The translations under genes were made by a program, and so were the position numbers. From NCBI GenBank assembly GCA_964057225.1, contig OZ059897.1:1922001-1986000 (forward strand): a DNA stretch of 64,000 nt. The letters run 5' to 3'. The DNA comes from Auanema rhodensis (Eukaryota > Animalia > Nematoda). Of this stretch, positions 12,720-26,800 are shown piece after piece. The notes beneath the pieces were generated by a model. It did not search any database. It saw nothing but the letters and a program-made list of their open reading frames with translations, and had not been told where the DNA came from. Position 1 is the stretch's first letter; the number at the start of each line of letters is the position of its first letter.

Positions 12720-15700
12720 ATTAGTTATGATCGTTTGAAAAATAATGCATTAGTGTATGCTGAGTTCCCATGTACACTCAACATTGCTTCCAAAAACATT
12801 TTGACAAAAATTTTCCCGAAAAATTTCTAAATAATTTCACAAAAAGTAGATGTTTTTAGATTCCTTTTTTCAAGACGAATACGATGGACAATGTTTTTCA
12901 ACAAAAAAATCATTTCTTCAGTGTGAAAATCGAGGATATAAGTGTGAACATATATCAGTTGATATCTCGGTGCATTTTTAAGCTAACTCAAATCTGATAA
13001 CACAGATCGACGCAGCTTAAAAATCCGCATCGAATGCACTATACTACATTGAGAAACGCTCTATACAAAAATTAGTTATGATCGTTTGAAAAATAATGCA
13101 TTAGTGTATGCTGAGTTCCCATGTACACTCAACATTGCTTCCAAAAACATTTTGACAAAAATTTTCCCGAAAAATTTCTAAATAATTTCACAAAAAGTAG
13201 ATGTTTTTAGATTCCTTTTTTCAAGACGAATACGATGGACAATGTTTTTCAACAAAAAAATCATTTCTTCAGGGTGAAAATCGAGGATATAAGTGTGAAC
13301 ATATATCAGTTGATATCTCGGTGCATTTTTAAGCTAACTCAAATCTGATAACACAGATCGACGCAGCTTAAAAATTCGCATCGAATGCACTATACTACAT
13401 TGAGAAACGCTCTATACAAAAATTAGTTATGATCGTTTGAAAAATAATGCATTAGTGTATGCTGAGTTCCCATGTACACTCAACATTGCTTCCAAAAACA
13501 TTTTGACAAAAATTTTCCCGAAAAATTTCTAAATAATTTCACAAAAAGTAGATGTTTTTAGATTCCTTTTTTCAAGACGAATACGATGGACAATGTTTTT
13601 CAACAAAAAAATCATTTCTTCAGTGTGAAAATCGAGGATATAAGTGTGAACATATATCAGTTGATATCTCGGTGCATTTTTAAGCTAACTCAAATCTGAT
13701 AACACAGATCGACGCAGCTTAAAAATCCGCATCGAATGCACTATACTACATTGAGAAACGCTCTATACAAAAATTAGTTATGATCGTTTGAAAAATAATG
13801 CATTAGTGTATGCTGAGTTCCCATGTACACTCAACATTGCTTCCAAAAACATTTTGACAAAAATTTTCCCGAAAAATTTCTAAATAATTTCACAAAAAGT
13901 AGATGTTTTTAGATTCCTTTTTTCAAGACGAATACGATGGACAATGTTTTTCAACAAAAAAATCATTTCTTCAGGGTGAAAATCGAGGATATAAGTGTGA
14001 ACATATATCAGTTGATATCTCGGTGCATTTTTAAGCTAACTCAAATCTGATAACACAGATCGACGCAGCTTAAAAATTCGCATCGAATGCACTATACTAC
14101 ATTGAGAAACGCTCTATACAAAAATTAGTTATGATCGTTTGAAAAATAATGCATTAGTGTATGCTGAGTTCCCATGTACACTCAACATTGCTTCCAAAAA
14201 CATTTTGACAAAAATTTTCCCGAAAAATTTCTAAATAATTTCACAAAAAGTAGATGTTTTTAGATTCCTTTTTTCAAGACGAATACGATGGACAATGTTT
14301 TTCAACAAAAAAATCATTTCTTCAGGGTGAAAATCGAGGATATAAGTGTGAACATATATCAGTTGATATCTCGGTGCATTTTCAAGCTAACTCAAATCTG
14401 ATAACACAGATCGACGCAGCTTACAAATCCGCATCGAATGCACTATACTACATTGAGAAACGCTCTATACAAAAATTAGTTATGATCGTATGAAAAATAA
14501 TGCATTAGTGTATGTTGAGTTCCCATGTACACTCAACATTGCTTCCAAAAACATTTTGACAAAAATTTTCCCGAAAAATTTCTGAATAATTTCACAAAAA
14601 GTAGATGTTTTTAGATTCTTTTTTTCAAGACGAATACGATGGACAATGTTTTTCAACGAAAAAATCATTTCTTCAGGGTGAAAATCGAGGATATAAGTGT
14701 GAACATATATCAGTTGATATCTCGGTGCATTTTCAAGCTAGCGCAAATCTGATAACACAGATCGACGCAGCTTAAAAATCCGCATCGAATGCACTATACT
14801 ACATTGATAAACGCTCCATACAAAAATTAGTTATGATCGTTTGAAAAATAATGCATTAGTGTATGCTGAGTTCCCATGTACACTCAACATTGCTTCCAAA
14901 AACATTTTGACAAAAATTTTCCCGAAAAATTTCTAAATAATTTCACAAAAAGTAGATGTTTTTAGATTCCTTTTTTCAAGACGAATACGATGGACAATGT
15001 TTTTCAACAAAAAAATCATTTCTTCAGTGTGAAAATCGAGGATATAAGTGTGAACATATATCAGTTGATATCTCGGTGCATTTTTAAGCTAACTCAAATC
15101 TGATAACACAGATCGACGCAGCTTAAAAATCCGCATCGAATGCACTATACTACATTGAGAAACGCTCTATACAAAAATTAGTTATGATCGTTTGAAAAAT
15201 AATGCATTAGTGTATGCTGAGTTCCCATGTACACTCAACATTGCTTCCAAAAACATTTTGACAAAAATTTTCCCGAAAAATTTCTAAATAATTTCACAAA
15301 AAGTAGATGTTTTTAGATTCCTTTTTTCAAGACGAATACGATGGACAATGTTTTTCAACAAAAAAATCATTTCTTCAGGGTGAAAATCGAGGATATAAGT
15401 GTGAACATATATCAGTTGATATCTCGGTGCATTTTTAAGCTAACTCAAATCTGATAACACAGATCGACGCAGCTTAAAAATTCGCATCGAATGCACTATA
15501 CTACATTGAGAAACGCTCTATACAAAAATTAGTTATGATCGTTTGAAAAATAATGCATTAGTGTATGCTGAGTTCCCATGTACACTCAACATTGCTTCCA
15601 AAAACATTTTGACAAAAATTTTCCCGAAAAATTTCTAAATAATTTCACAAAAAGTAGATGTTTTTAGATTCCTTTTTTCAAGACGAATACGATGGACAAT

Positions 15701-17830
15701 GTTTTTCAACAAAAAAATCATTTCTTCAGTGTGAAAATCGAGGATATAAGTGTGAACATATATCAGTTGATATCTCGGTGCATTTTTAAGCTAACTCAAA
15801 TCTGATAACACAGATCGACGCAGCTTAAAAATCCGCATCGAATGCACTATACTACATTGAGAAACGCTCTATACAAAAATTAGTTATGATCGTTTGAAAA
15901 ATAATGCATTAGTGTATGCTGAGTTCCCATGTACACTCAACATTGCTTCCAAAAACATTTTGACAAAAATTTTCCCGAAAAATTTCTAAATAATTTCACA
16001 AAAAGTAGATGTTTTTAGATTCCTTTTTTCAAGACGAATACGATGGACAATGTTTTTCAACAAAAAAATCATTTCTTCAGGGTGAAAATCGAGGATATAA
16101 GTGTGAACATATATCAGTTGATATCTCGGTGCATTTTTAAGCTAACTCAAATCTGATAACACAGATCGACGCAGCTTAAAAATTCGCATCGAATGCACTA
16201 TACTACATTGAGAAACGCTCTATACAAAAATTAGTTATGATCGTTTGAAAAATAATGCATTAGTGTATGCTGAGTTCCCATGTACACTCAACATTGCTTC
16301 CAAAAACATTTTGACAAAAATTTTCCCGAAAAATTTCTAAATAATTTCACAAAAAGTAGATGTTTTTAGATTCCTTTTTTCAAGACGAATACGATGGACA
16401 ATGTTTTTCAACAAAAAAATCATTTCTTCAGGGTGAAAATCGAGGATATAAGTGTGAACATATATCAGTTGATATCTCGGTGCATTTTCAAGCTAACTCA
16501 AATCTGATAACACAGATCGACGCAGCTTACAAATCCGCATCGAATGCACTATACTACATTGAGAAACGCTCTATACAAAAATTAGTTATGATCGTATGAA
16601 AAATAATGCATTAGTGTATGTTGAGTTCCCATGTACACTCAACATTGCTTCCAAAAACATTTTGACAAAAATTTTCCCGAAAAATTTCTGAATAATTTCA
16701 CAAAAAGTAGATGTTTTTAGATTCTTTTTTTCAAGACGAATACGATGGACAATGTTTTTCAACGAAAAAATCATTTCTTCAGGGTGAAAATCGAGGATAT
16801 AAGTGTGAACATATATCAGTTGATATCTCGGTGCATTTTCAAGCTAGCGCAAATCTGATAACACAGATCGACGCAGCTTAAAAATCCGCATCGAATGCAC
16901 TATACTACATTGATAAACGCTCCATACAAAAATTAGTTATGATCGTTTGAAAAATAATGCATTAGTGTATGCTGAGTTCCCATGTACACTCAACATTGCT
17001 TCCAAAAACATTTTGACAAAAATTTTCCCGAAAAATTTCTAAATAATTTCACAAAAAGTAGATGTTTTTAGATTCCTTTTTTCAAGACGAATACGATGGA
17101 CAATGTTTTTCAACAAAAAAATCATTTCTTCAGTGTGAAAATCGAGGATATAAGTGTGAACATATATCAGTTGATATCTCGGTGCATTTTTAAGCTAACT
17201 CAAATCTGATAACACAGATCGACGCAGCTTAAAAATCCGCATCGAATGCACTATACTACATTGAGAAACGCTCTATACAAAAATTAGTTATGATCGTTTG
17301 AAAAATAATGCATTAGTGTATGCTGAGTTCCCATGTACACTCAACATTGCTTCCAAAAACATTTTGACAAAAATTTTCCCGAAAAATTTCTAAATAATTT
17401 CACAAAAAGTAGATGTTTTTAGATTCCTTTTTTCAAGACGAATACGATGGACAATGTTTTTCAACAAAAAAATCATTTCTTCAGGGTGAAAATCGAGGAT
17501 ATAAGTGTGAACATATATCAGTTGATATCTCGGTGCATTTTTAAGCTAACTCAAATCTGATAACACAGATCGACGCAGCTTAAAAATTCGCATCGAATGC
17601 ACTATACTACATTGAGAAACGCTCTATACAAAAATTAGTTATGATCGTTTGAAAAATAATGCATTAGTGTATGCTGAGTTCCCATGTACACTCAACATTG
17701 CTTCCAAAAACATTTTGACAAAAATTTTCCCGAAAAATTTCTAAATAATTTCACAAAAAGTAGATGTTTTTAGATTCCTTTTTTCAAGACGAATACGATG
17801 GACAATGTTTTTCAACAAAAAAATCATTTC
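12720..17830 (+). repeat. 6-monomer higher-order repeat (2106 bp), about 2.4 copies, with a nested 2-mer
   Basis: TGATAAACGCTCCATA at about 14805 and 16911. ORF pairs 14254/16360 and 14480/16586. AATTCGC in monomers 39, 41, 45, 47 and 51. Confidence 0.85.
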
Positions 17831-20800
17831 TTCAGGGTGAAAATCGAGGATATAAGTGTAAACATATATCAGTTGATATCTCGGTGCATTTTTAAGTTAA
17901 CTCAAATCTGATAACACAGATCAACGCAGCTTAAAAATCCGCCTCGAATGCACTATACTACATTGAGAAACGCTTTATACAAAAATTAGTTATGATCGTA
18001 TGAAAAATAATGCATTAGTGTATGTTGAGTTCCCATGTACACTCAACATTGCTTCCAAAAACATTTTGACAAAAATTTTCCCGAAAAATTTCTGAATAAT
18101 TTCACAAAAAGTAGATGTTTTTAGATTCTTTTTTTCAAGACGAATACGATGGACAATGTTTTTCAACGAAAAAATCATTTCTTCAGGGTGAAAATCGAGG
18201 ATATAAGTGTGAACATATATCAGTTGATATCTCGGTGCATTTTTAAGCTAACTCAAATCTGATAACACAGATCGACGCAGCTTAAAAATCCGCATCGAAT
18301 GCACTATACTACATTGAGAAACGCTCTATACAAAAATTAGTTATGATCGTTTGAAAAATAATGCATTAGTGTATGCTGAGTTCCCATGTACACTCAACAT
18401 TGCTTCCAAAAACATTGTGACAAAAATTTTCCCGAAAAATTTCTAAATAATTTCACAAAAAGTAGATGTTTTTAGATTCCTTTTTTCAAGGCAAAGACGA
18501 TGGACAATGTTATTCAACGAAAAAATTAATTCTTCAGGGTGAAAATCGAGGATATAAGTGTGAACCTATATCAGTTGATATCTCGGTGCATTTTCAAGCT
18601 AGCGCAAATCTGATAACACAGATCGACGCAGCTTAAAAATCCGCATCGAATGCACTATACTACATTGATAAACGCTTAATACAAAAATTAGTTATGATCG
18701 TTTGAAAAATAATGCATTAGTGTATGTTGAGTTCCCATGTACACTCAACATTGCTTCCAAAAACATTTTGACAAAAATTTTCCCGAAAAATTTCTAAATA
18801 ATTTCACAAAAAGTAGAAGTTTTTAGATTCCTTTTTTCAAGACGAATACGATGGACAATGTTTTTCAACGAAAAAATCATTTCTTCAGGGGGAAAACCGA
18901 GGATATAAGTGTGAACATATATCAGTTGATATCTCGGTGCATTTTCAAGCTAACTCAAATCTGATAACACAGATCGACGCAGCTTACAAATCCGCATCGA
19001 ATGCACTATACTACATTGAGAAACGCTCTATACAAAAATTAGTTATGATCGTTTGAAAAATAATGCATTAGTGTATGTTGAGTTCCCATGTACACTCAAC
19101 ATTGCTTCCAAAAACATTTTGACAAAAAGTTTCCCGAAAAATTTCTAAATAATTTCACAAAAAGTAGATGTTTTTAGATTCCTTTTTTCAAGACGAATAC
19201 GATGGACAATGTTTTTTAACGAAAAAATCATTTCTTCAGGGTGAAAATCGAGGATATAAGTGTGAACATATATCAGTTGATATCTCGGTGCATTTTTAAG
19301 CTAACTCAAATCTGATAACACAGATCGACGCAGCTTAAAAATCCGCATCGAATGCACTATACTACATTGAGAAACGCTCTATACAAAAATTAGTTATGAT
19401 CGTTTGAAAAATAATGCATTAGTGTATGCTGAGTTCCCATGTACACTCAACATTGCTTCCAAAAACATTTTGACAAAAATTTTCCCGAAAAATTTCTAAA
19501 TAATTTCACAAAAAGTAGATGTTTTTAGATTCCTTTTTTCAAGACGAATACGATGGACAATGTTTTTCAACAAAAAAATCATTTCTTCAGGGTGAAAATC
19601 GAGGATATAAGTGTGAACATATATCAGTTGATATCTCGGTGCATTTTTAAGTTAACTCAAATCTGATAACACAGATCAACGCAGCTTAAAAATCCGCCTC
19701 GAATGCACTATACTACATTGAGAAACGCTTTATACAAAAATTAGTTATGATCGTATGAAAAATAATGCATTAGTGTATGTTGAGTTCCCATGTACACTCA
19801 ACATTGCTTCCAAAAACATTTTGACAAAAATTTTCCCGAAAAATTTCTGAATAATTTCACAAAAAGTAGATGTTTTTAGATTCTTTTTTTCAAGACGAAT
19901 ACGATGGACAATGTTTTTCAACGAAAAAATCATTTCTTCAGGGTGAAAATCGAGGATATAAGTGTGAACATATATCAGTTGATATCTCGGTGCATTTTTA
20001 AGCTAACTCAAATCTGATAACACAGATCGACGCAGCTTAAAAATCCGCATCGAATGCACTATACTACATTGAGAAACGCTCTATACAAAAATTAGTTATG
20101 ATCGTTTGAAAAATAATGCATTAGTGTATGCTGAGTTCCCATGTACACTCAACATTGCTTCCAAAAACATTGTGACAAAAATTTTCCCGAAAAATTTCTA
20201 AATAATTTCACAAAAAGTAGATGTTTTTAGATTCCTTTTTTCAAGGCAAAGACGATGGACAATGTTATTCAACGAAAAAATTAATTCTTCAGGGTGAAAA
20301 TCGAGGATATAAGTGTGAACCTATATCAGTTGATATCTCGGTGCATTTTCAAGCTAGCGCAAATCTGATAACACAGATCGACGCAGCTTAAAAATCCGCA
20401 TCGAATGCACTATACTACATTGATAAACGCTTAATACAAAAATTAGTTATGATCGTTTGAAAAATAATGCATTAGTGTATGTTGAGTTCCCATGTACACT
20501 CAACATTGCTTCCAAAAACATTTTGACAAAAATTTTCCCGAAAAATTTCTAAATAATTTCACAAAAAGTAGATGTTTTTAGATTCCTTTTTTCAAGACGA
20601 ATACGATGGACAATGTTTTTCAACGAAAAAATCATTTCTTCAGGGTGAAAATCGAGGATATAAGTGTGAACATATATCAGTTGATATCTCGGTGCATTTT
20701 TAAGCTAACTCAAATCTGATAACACAGATCGACGCAGCTTACAAATCCGCATCGAATGCACTATACTACATTGAGAAACGCTCTATACAAAAATTAGTTA

Positions 20801-23800
20801 TGATCGTTTGAAAAATAATGCATTAGTGTATGCTGAGTTCCCATGTACACTCAACATTGCTTCCAAAAACATTGTGACAAAAATTTTCCCGAAAAATTTC
20901 TAAATAATTTCACAAAAAGTAGGAGTTTTTAGATTTCTTTTTTCAAGGCAAAGACGATGGACAATGTTATTCAACGAAAAAATTAATTCTTCAGGGTGAA
21001 AATCGAGGATATAAGTGTGAACATATATCAGTTGATATCTCGGTGCATTTTTAAGCTAACTCAAATCTGATAACACAGATCGACGCAGCTTAAAAATCCG
21101 CATCGAATGCACTATACTACATTGAGAAACGCTCTATACAAAAATTAGTTATGATCGTTTGAAAAATAATGCATTAGTGTATGCTGAGTTCCCATGTACA
21201 CTCAACATTGCTTCCAAAAACATTTTGACAAAAATTTTCCCGAAAAATTTCTAAATAATTTCACAAAAAGTAGATGTTTTTAGATTCCTTTTTTCAAGAC
21301 GAATACGATGGACAATGTTTTTCAACAAAAAAATCATTTCTTCAGGGTGAAAATCGAGGATATAAGTGTGAACATATATCAGTTGATATCTCGGTGCATT
21401 TTTAAGCTAACTCAAATCTGATAACACAGATCGACGCAGCTTAAAAATCCGCATCGAATGCACTATACTACATTGAGAAACGCTCTATACAAAAATTAGT
21501 TATGATCGTTTGAAAAATAATGCATTAGTGTATGCTGAGTTCCCATGTACACTCAACATTGCTTCCAAAAACATTGTGACAAAAATTTTCCCGAAAAATT
21601 TCTAAATAATTTCACAAAAAGTAGATGTTTTTAGATTCCTTTTTTCAAGGCAAAGACGATGGACAATGTTATTCAACGAAAAAATTAATTCTTCAGGGTG
21701 AAAATCGAGGATATAAGTGTGAACCTATATCAGTTGATATCTCGGTGCATTTTCAAGCTAGCGCAAATCTGATAACACAGATCGACGCAGCTTAAAAATC
21801 CGCATCGAATGCACTATACTACATTGATAAACGCTTAATACAAAAATTAGTTATGATCGTTTGAAAAATAATGCATTAGTGTATGTTGAGTTCCCATGTA
21901 CACTCAACATTGCTTCCAAAAACATTTTGACAAAAATTTTCCCGAAAAATTTCTAAATAATTTCACAAAAAGTAGATGTTTTTAGATTCCTTTTTTCAAG
22001 ACGAATACGATGGACAATGTTTTTCAACGAAAAAATCATTTCTTCAGGGTGAAAATCGAGGATATAAGTGTGAACATATATCAGTTGATATCTCGGTGCA
22101 TTTTTAAGCTAACTCAAATCTGATAACACAGATCGACGCAGCTTACAAATCCGCATCGAATGCACTATACTACATTGAGAAACGCTCTATACAAAAATTA
22201 GTTATGATCGTTTGAAAAATAATGCATTAGTGTATGCTGAGTTCCCATGTACACTCAACATTGCTTCCAAAAACATTGTGACAAAAATTTTCCCGAAAAA
22301 TTTCTAAATAATTTCACAAAAAGTAGGAGTTTTTAGATTTCTTTTTTCAAGGCAAAGACGATGGACAATGTTATTCAACGAAAAAATTAATTCTTCAGGG
22401 TGAAAATCGAGGATATAAGTGTGAACCTATATCAGTTGATATCTCGGTGCATTTTCAAGCTAGCGCAAATCTGATAACACAGATCGACGCAGCTTAAAAA
22501 TCCGCATCGAATGCACTATACTACATTGATAAACGCTTAATACAAAAATTAGTTATGATCGTTTGAAAAATAATGCATTAGTGTATGTTGAGTTCCCATG
22601 TACACTCAACATTGCTTCCAAAAACATTTTGACAAAAATTTTCCCGAAAAATTTCTAAATAATTTCACAAAAAGTAGATGTTTTTAGATTCCTTTTTTCA
22701 AGACGAATACGATGGACAATGTTTTTCAACGAAAAAATCATTTCTTCAGGGTGAAAATCGAGGATATAAGTGTGAACATATATCAGTTGATATCTCGGTG
22801 CATTTTTAAGCTAACTCAAATCTGATAACACAGATCGACGCAGCTTTAAAATCCGCATCGAATGCACTATACTACATTGAGAAACGCTCTATACAAAAAT
22901 AAGTTATGATCGTTTGAAAAATAATGCATTAGTGTATGTTGAGTTCCCATGTACACTCAACATTGCTTCCAAAAACATTTTGACAAAAATTTTCCCGAAA
23001 AATTTCTAAATAATTTCACAAAAAGTAGATGTTTTTAGATTCCTTTTTTTAAGACGAAGACGATGGACAATGTTATTCAACGAAAAAATCATTTCTTCAG
23101 GGTGAAAGTCGAGGATATAAGTGTGAACATATATCAGTTGATATCTCGGTGCATTTTTAAGCTAACTCAAATCTGATAACACAGATCGACGCAGCTTAAA
23201 AATCCGCATCGAATGCACTATACTACCTTGAGAAACGCTATTTACAAAAATTAGTTATGATCGTTTGAAAAATAATGCATTAGTGTATGTTGAGTTCCCA
23301 TGTACACTCAACATTGCTTCCAAAAACATTTTGACAAAAATTTTCCCGAAAAATTTCTAAATAATTTCACAAAAAGTAGATGTTTTTAGATTCCTTTTTT
23401 CAAGACGAAGACGATGGACAATGTTATTCAACGAAAAAATCATTTCTTCAGGGTGAAAATCGAGGATATAAGTGTGAACATATATCAGTTGATATCTCGG
23501 TGCATTTTTAAGCTAACTCAAATCTGATAACACAGATCGACGCAGCTTAAAAATCCGCATCGAATGCACTATACTACATTGAGAAACGCTCTATACAAAA
23601 ATAAGTTATGATCGTTTGAAAAATAATGCATTAGTGTATGCTGAGTTCCCATGTACACTCAACATTGCTTCCAAAAACATTTTGACAAAAATTTTCCCGA
23701 AAAATTTCTAAATAATTTCACAAAAAGTAGATGTTTTTAGATTCCTTTTTTCAAGACGAATACGATGGACAATGTTTTTCAACAAAAAAATCATTTCTTC

Positions 23801-23899
23801 AGGGTGAAAATCGAGGATATAAGTGTGAACATATATCAGTTGATATCTCGGTGCATTTTTAAGTTAACTCAAATCTGATAACACAGATCAACGCAGCTT

Positions 23900-26800
23900 A
23901 AAAATCCGCCTCGAATGCACTATACTACATTGAGAAACGCTTTATACAAAAATTAGTTATGATCGTATGAAAAATAATGCATTAGTGTATGTTGAGTTCC
24001 CATGTGCACTCAACATTGCTTCCAAAAACATTTTGACAAAAATTTTCCCGAAAAATTTCTAAATAATTTCACAAAAAGTAGATGTTTTTAGATTCCTTTT
24101 TTCAAGACGAATACGATGGACAATGTTTTTCAACAGAAAAATCATTTCTTCAGCGTGAAAATCGAGGATATAAGTGTGAACATATATCAGTTGATATCTC
24201 GGTGCATTTTTAAGTTAACTCAAATCTGATAATACAGATCAACGCAGCTTAAAAATCCGCATCGAATGCACTATACTACATTGAGAAACGCTCTATACAA
24301 AAATTAGTTATGATCGTTTGAAAAATAATGCATTAGTGTATGTTGAGTTCCCATGTACACTCAACATTGCTTCCAAAAACATTTTGACAAAAATTTTCCC
24401 GAAAAATTTCTAAATAATTTCACAAAAAGTAGATGTTTTTAGATTCCTTTTTTCAAGACAGAGACGATGGACAATGTTATTCAACGAAAAAATCATTTCT
24501 TCAGGGTGAAAATCGAGGATATAAGTGTGAACATATATCAGTTGATATCTCGGTGCATTTTTAAGCTAACTCAAATCTGATAACACAGATCGACGCAGCT
24601 TAAAAATCCGCATCGAATGCACTATACTACATTGAGAAACGCTCTATACAAAAATAAGTTATGATCGTTTGAAAAATAATGCATTAGTGTATGTTGAGTT
24701 CCCATGTACACTCAACATTGCTTCCAAAAACATTTTGACAAAAATTTTCCCGAAAAATTTCTAAATAATTTCACAAAAAGTAGATGTTTTTAGATTCCTT
24801 TTTCCAAGACGAAGACGATGGACAATGGTATTCAACGAAAAAATCATTTCTTCAGGGTGAAAGTCGAGGATATAAGTGTGAACATATATCAGTTGATATC
24901 TCGGTGCATTTTTAAGCTAACTCAAATCTGATAACACAGATCGACGCAGCTTAAAAATCCGCATCGAATGCACTATACTACATTGAGAAACGCTCTATAC
25001 AAAAATAAGTTATGATCGTTTGAAAAATAATGCATTAGTGTATGTTGAGTTCCCATGTACACTCAACATTGCTTCCAAAAACATTTTGACAAAAATTTTC
25101 CCGAAAAATTTCTAAATAATTTCACAAAAAGTAGATGTTTTTAGATTCCTTTTTTCAAGACGAAGACGATGGACAATGTTATTCAACGAAAAAATCATTT
25201 CTTCAGGGTGAAAATCGAGGATATAAGTGTGAACATATATCAGTTGATATCTCGGTGCATTTTTAAGCTAGCGCAAATCTGATAACACAGATCGACGCAG
25301 CTTAAAAATCCGCATCGAATGCACTATACTACATTGAGAAACGCTCTATACAAAAATTAGTTATGATCGTTTGAAAAATAATGCATTAGTGTATGCTGAG
25401 TTCCCATGTACACTCAACATTGCTTCCAAAAACATTGTGACAAAAATTTTCCCGAAAAATTTCTAAATAATTTCACAAAAAGTAGGAGTTTTTAGATTTC
25501 TTTTTTCAAGGCAAAGACAATGGACAATGTTATTCAACGAAAAAATTAATTCTTCAGGGTGAAAATCGAGGATATAAGTGTGAACCTATATCAGTTGATT
25601 ACTCGGTGCATTTTTAAGCTAGCGCAAATCTGATAACACAGATCAACGCAGCTTAAAAATCCGCATCGAATGCACTATACTACATTGAGAAACGCTCCAT
25701 ACAAAAATTAGTTATGATCGTTTGAAAAATAATGCATTAGTGTATGTTGAGTTCCCATGTACACTCAACATTGCTTCCAAAAACATTTTGACAAAAATTT
25801 TCCCGAAAAATTTCTAGATAATTTCACAAAAAGTAGATGTTTTTAGATTCCTTTTTTCAAGACGAAGACGATGGACAATGTTATTCAACAAAAAAATCAA
25901 TTCTTCAGTTTGAAAATCGAGGATATAAGTGTGAACATATATCAGTTGATATCTCGGTGCATTTTTAAGCTAACTCAAATCTGATAACACAGATCAACGC
26001 AGCTTAAAAATCCGCATCGAATGCACTATACTACATTGAGAAACGCTCTATACAAAAATAAGTTATGATCGTTTGAAAAATAATGCATTAGTGTATGTTG
26101 AGTTCCCATGTACACTCAACATTGCTTCCAAAAACATTTTGACAAAAATTTTCCCGAAAAATTTCTAAATAATTTCACAAAAAGTAGATGTTTTTAGATT
26201 CCTTTTTTCAAGACGAAGACGATGGACAATGTTATTCAACGAAAAAATCATTTCTTCAGGGTGAAAATCGAGGATATAAGTGTGAACATATATCAGTTGA
26301 TATCTCGGTGCATTTTTAAGCTAACACAAATCTGATAACACAGATCGACGCAGCTTAAAAATCCGCATCGAATGCACTATACTACATTGAGAAACGCTCT
26401 ATACAAAAATTAGTTATGATCGTTTGAAAAATAATGCATTAGTGTATGCTGAGTTCCCATGTACACTGAACATTGCTTCCAAAAACATTGTGACAAAAAT
26501 TTTCCCGAAAAATTTCTAAATAATTTCACAAAAAGTAGGAGTTTTTAGATTCCTTTGTTCATGACGAAGACGATGGACAATGTTTTTCAACGAAAAAACT
26601 ACTTCTTCAGGGTGAAAATCGAGGATATAAGTGTGAACCTATATCAGTTGATATCTCGGTGCATTTTTAAGTTAACTTAAATCTGATAACACAGATCAAC
26701 GCAGCTTAAAAATCCGCATCGAATGCACTATACTACATTGAGAAACGCTCCATACAAAAATTAGTTATGATCGTTTGAAAAATAATGCATTAGTGTATGT

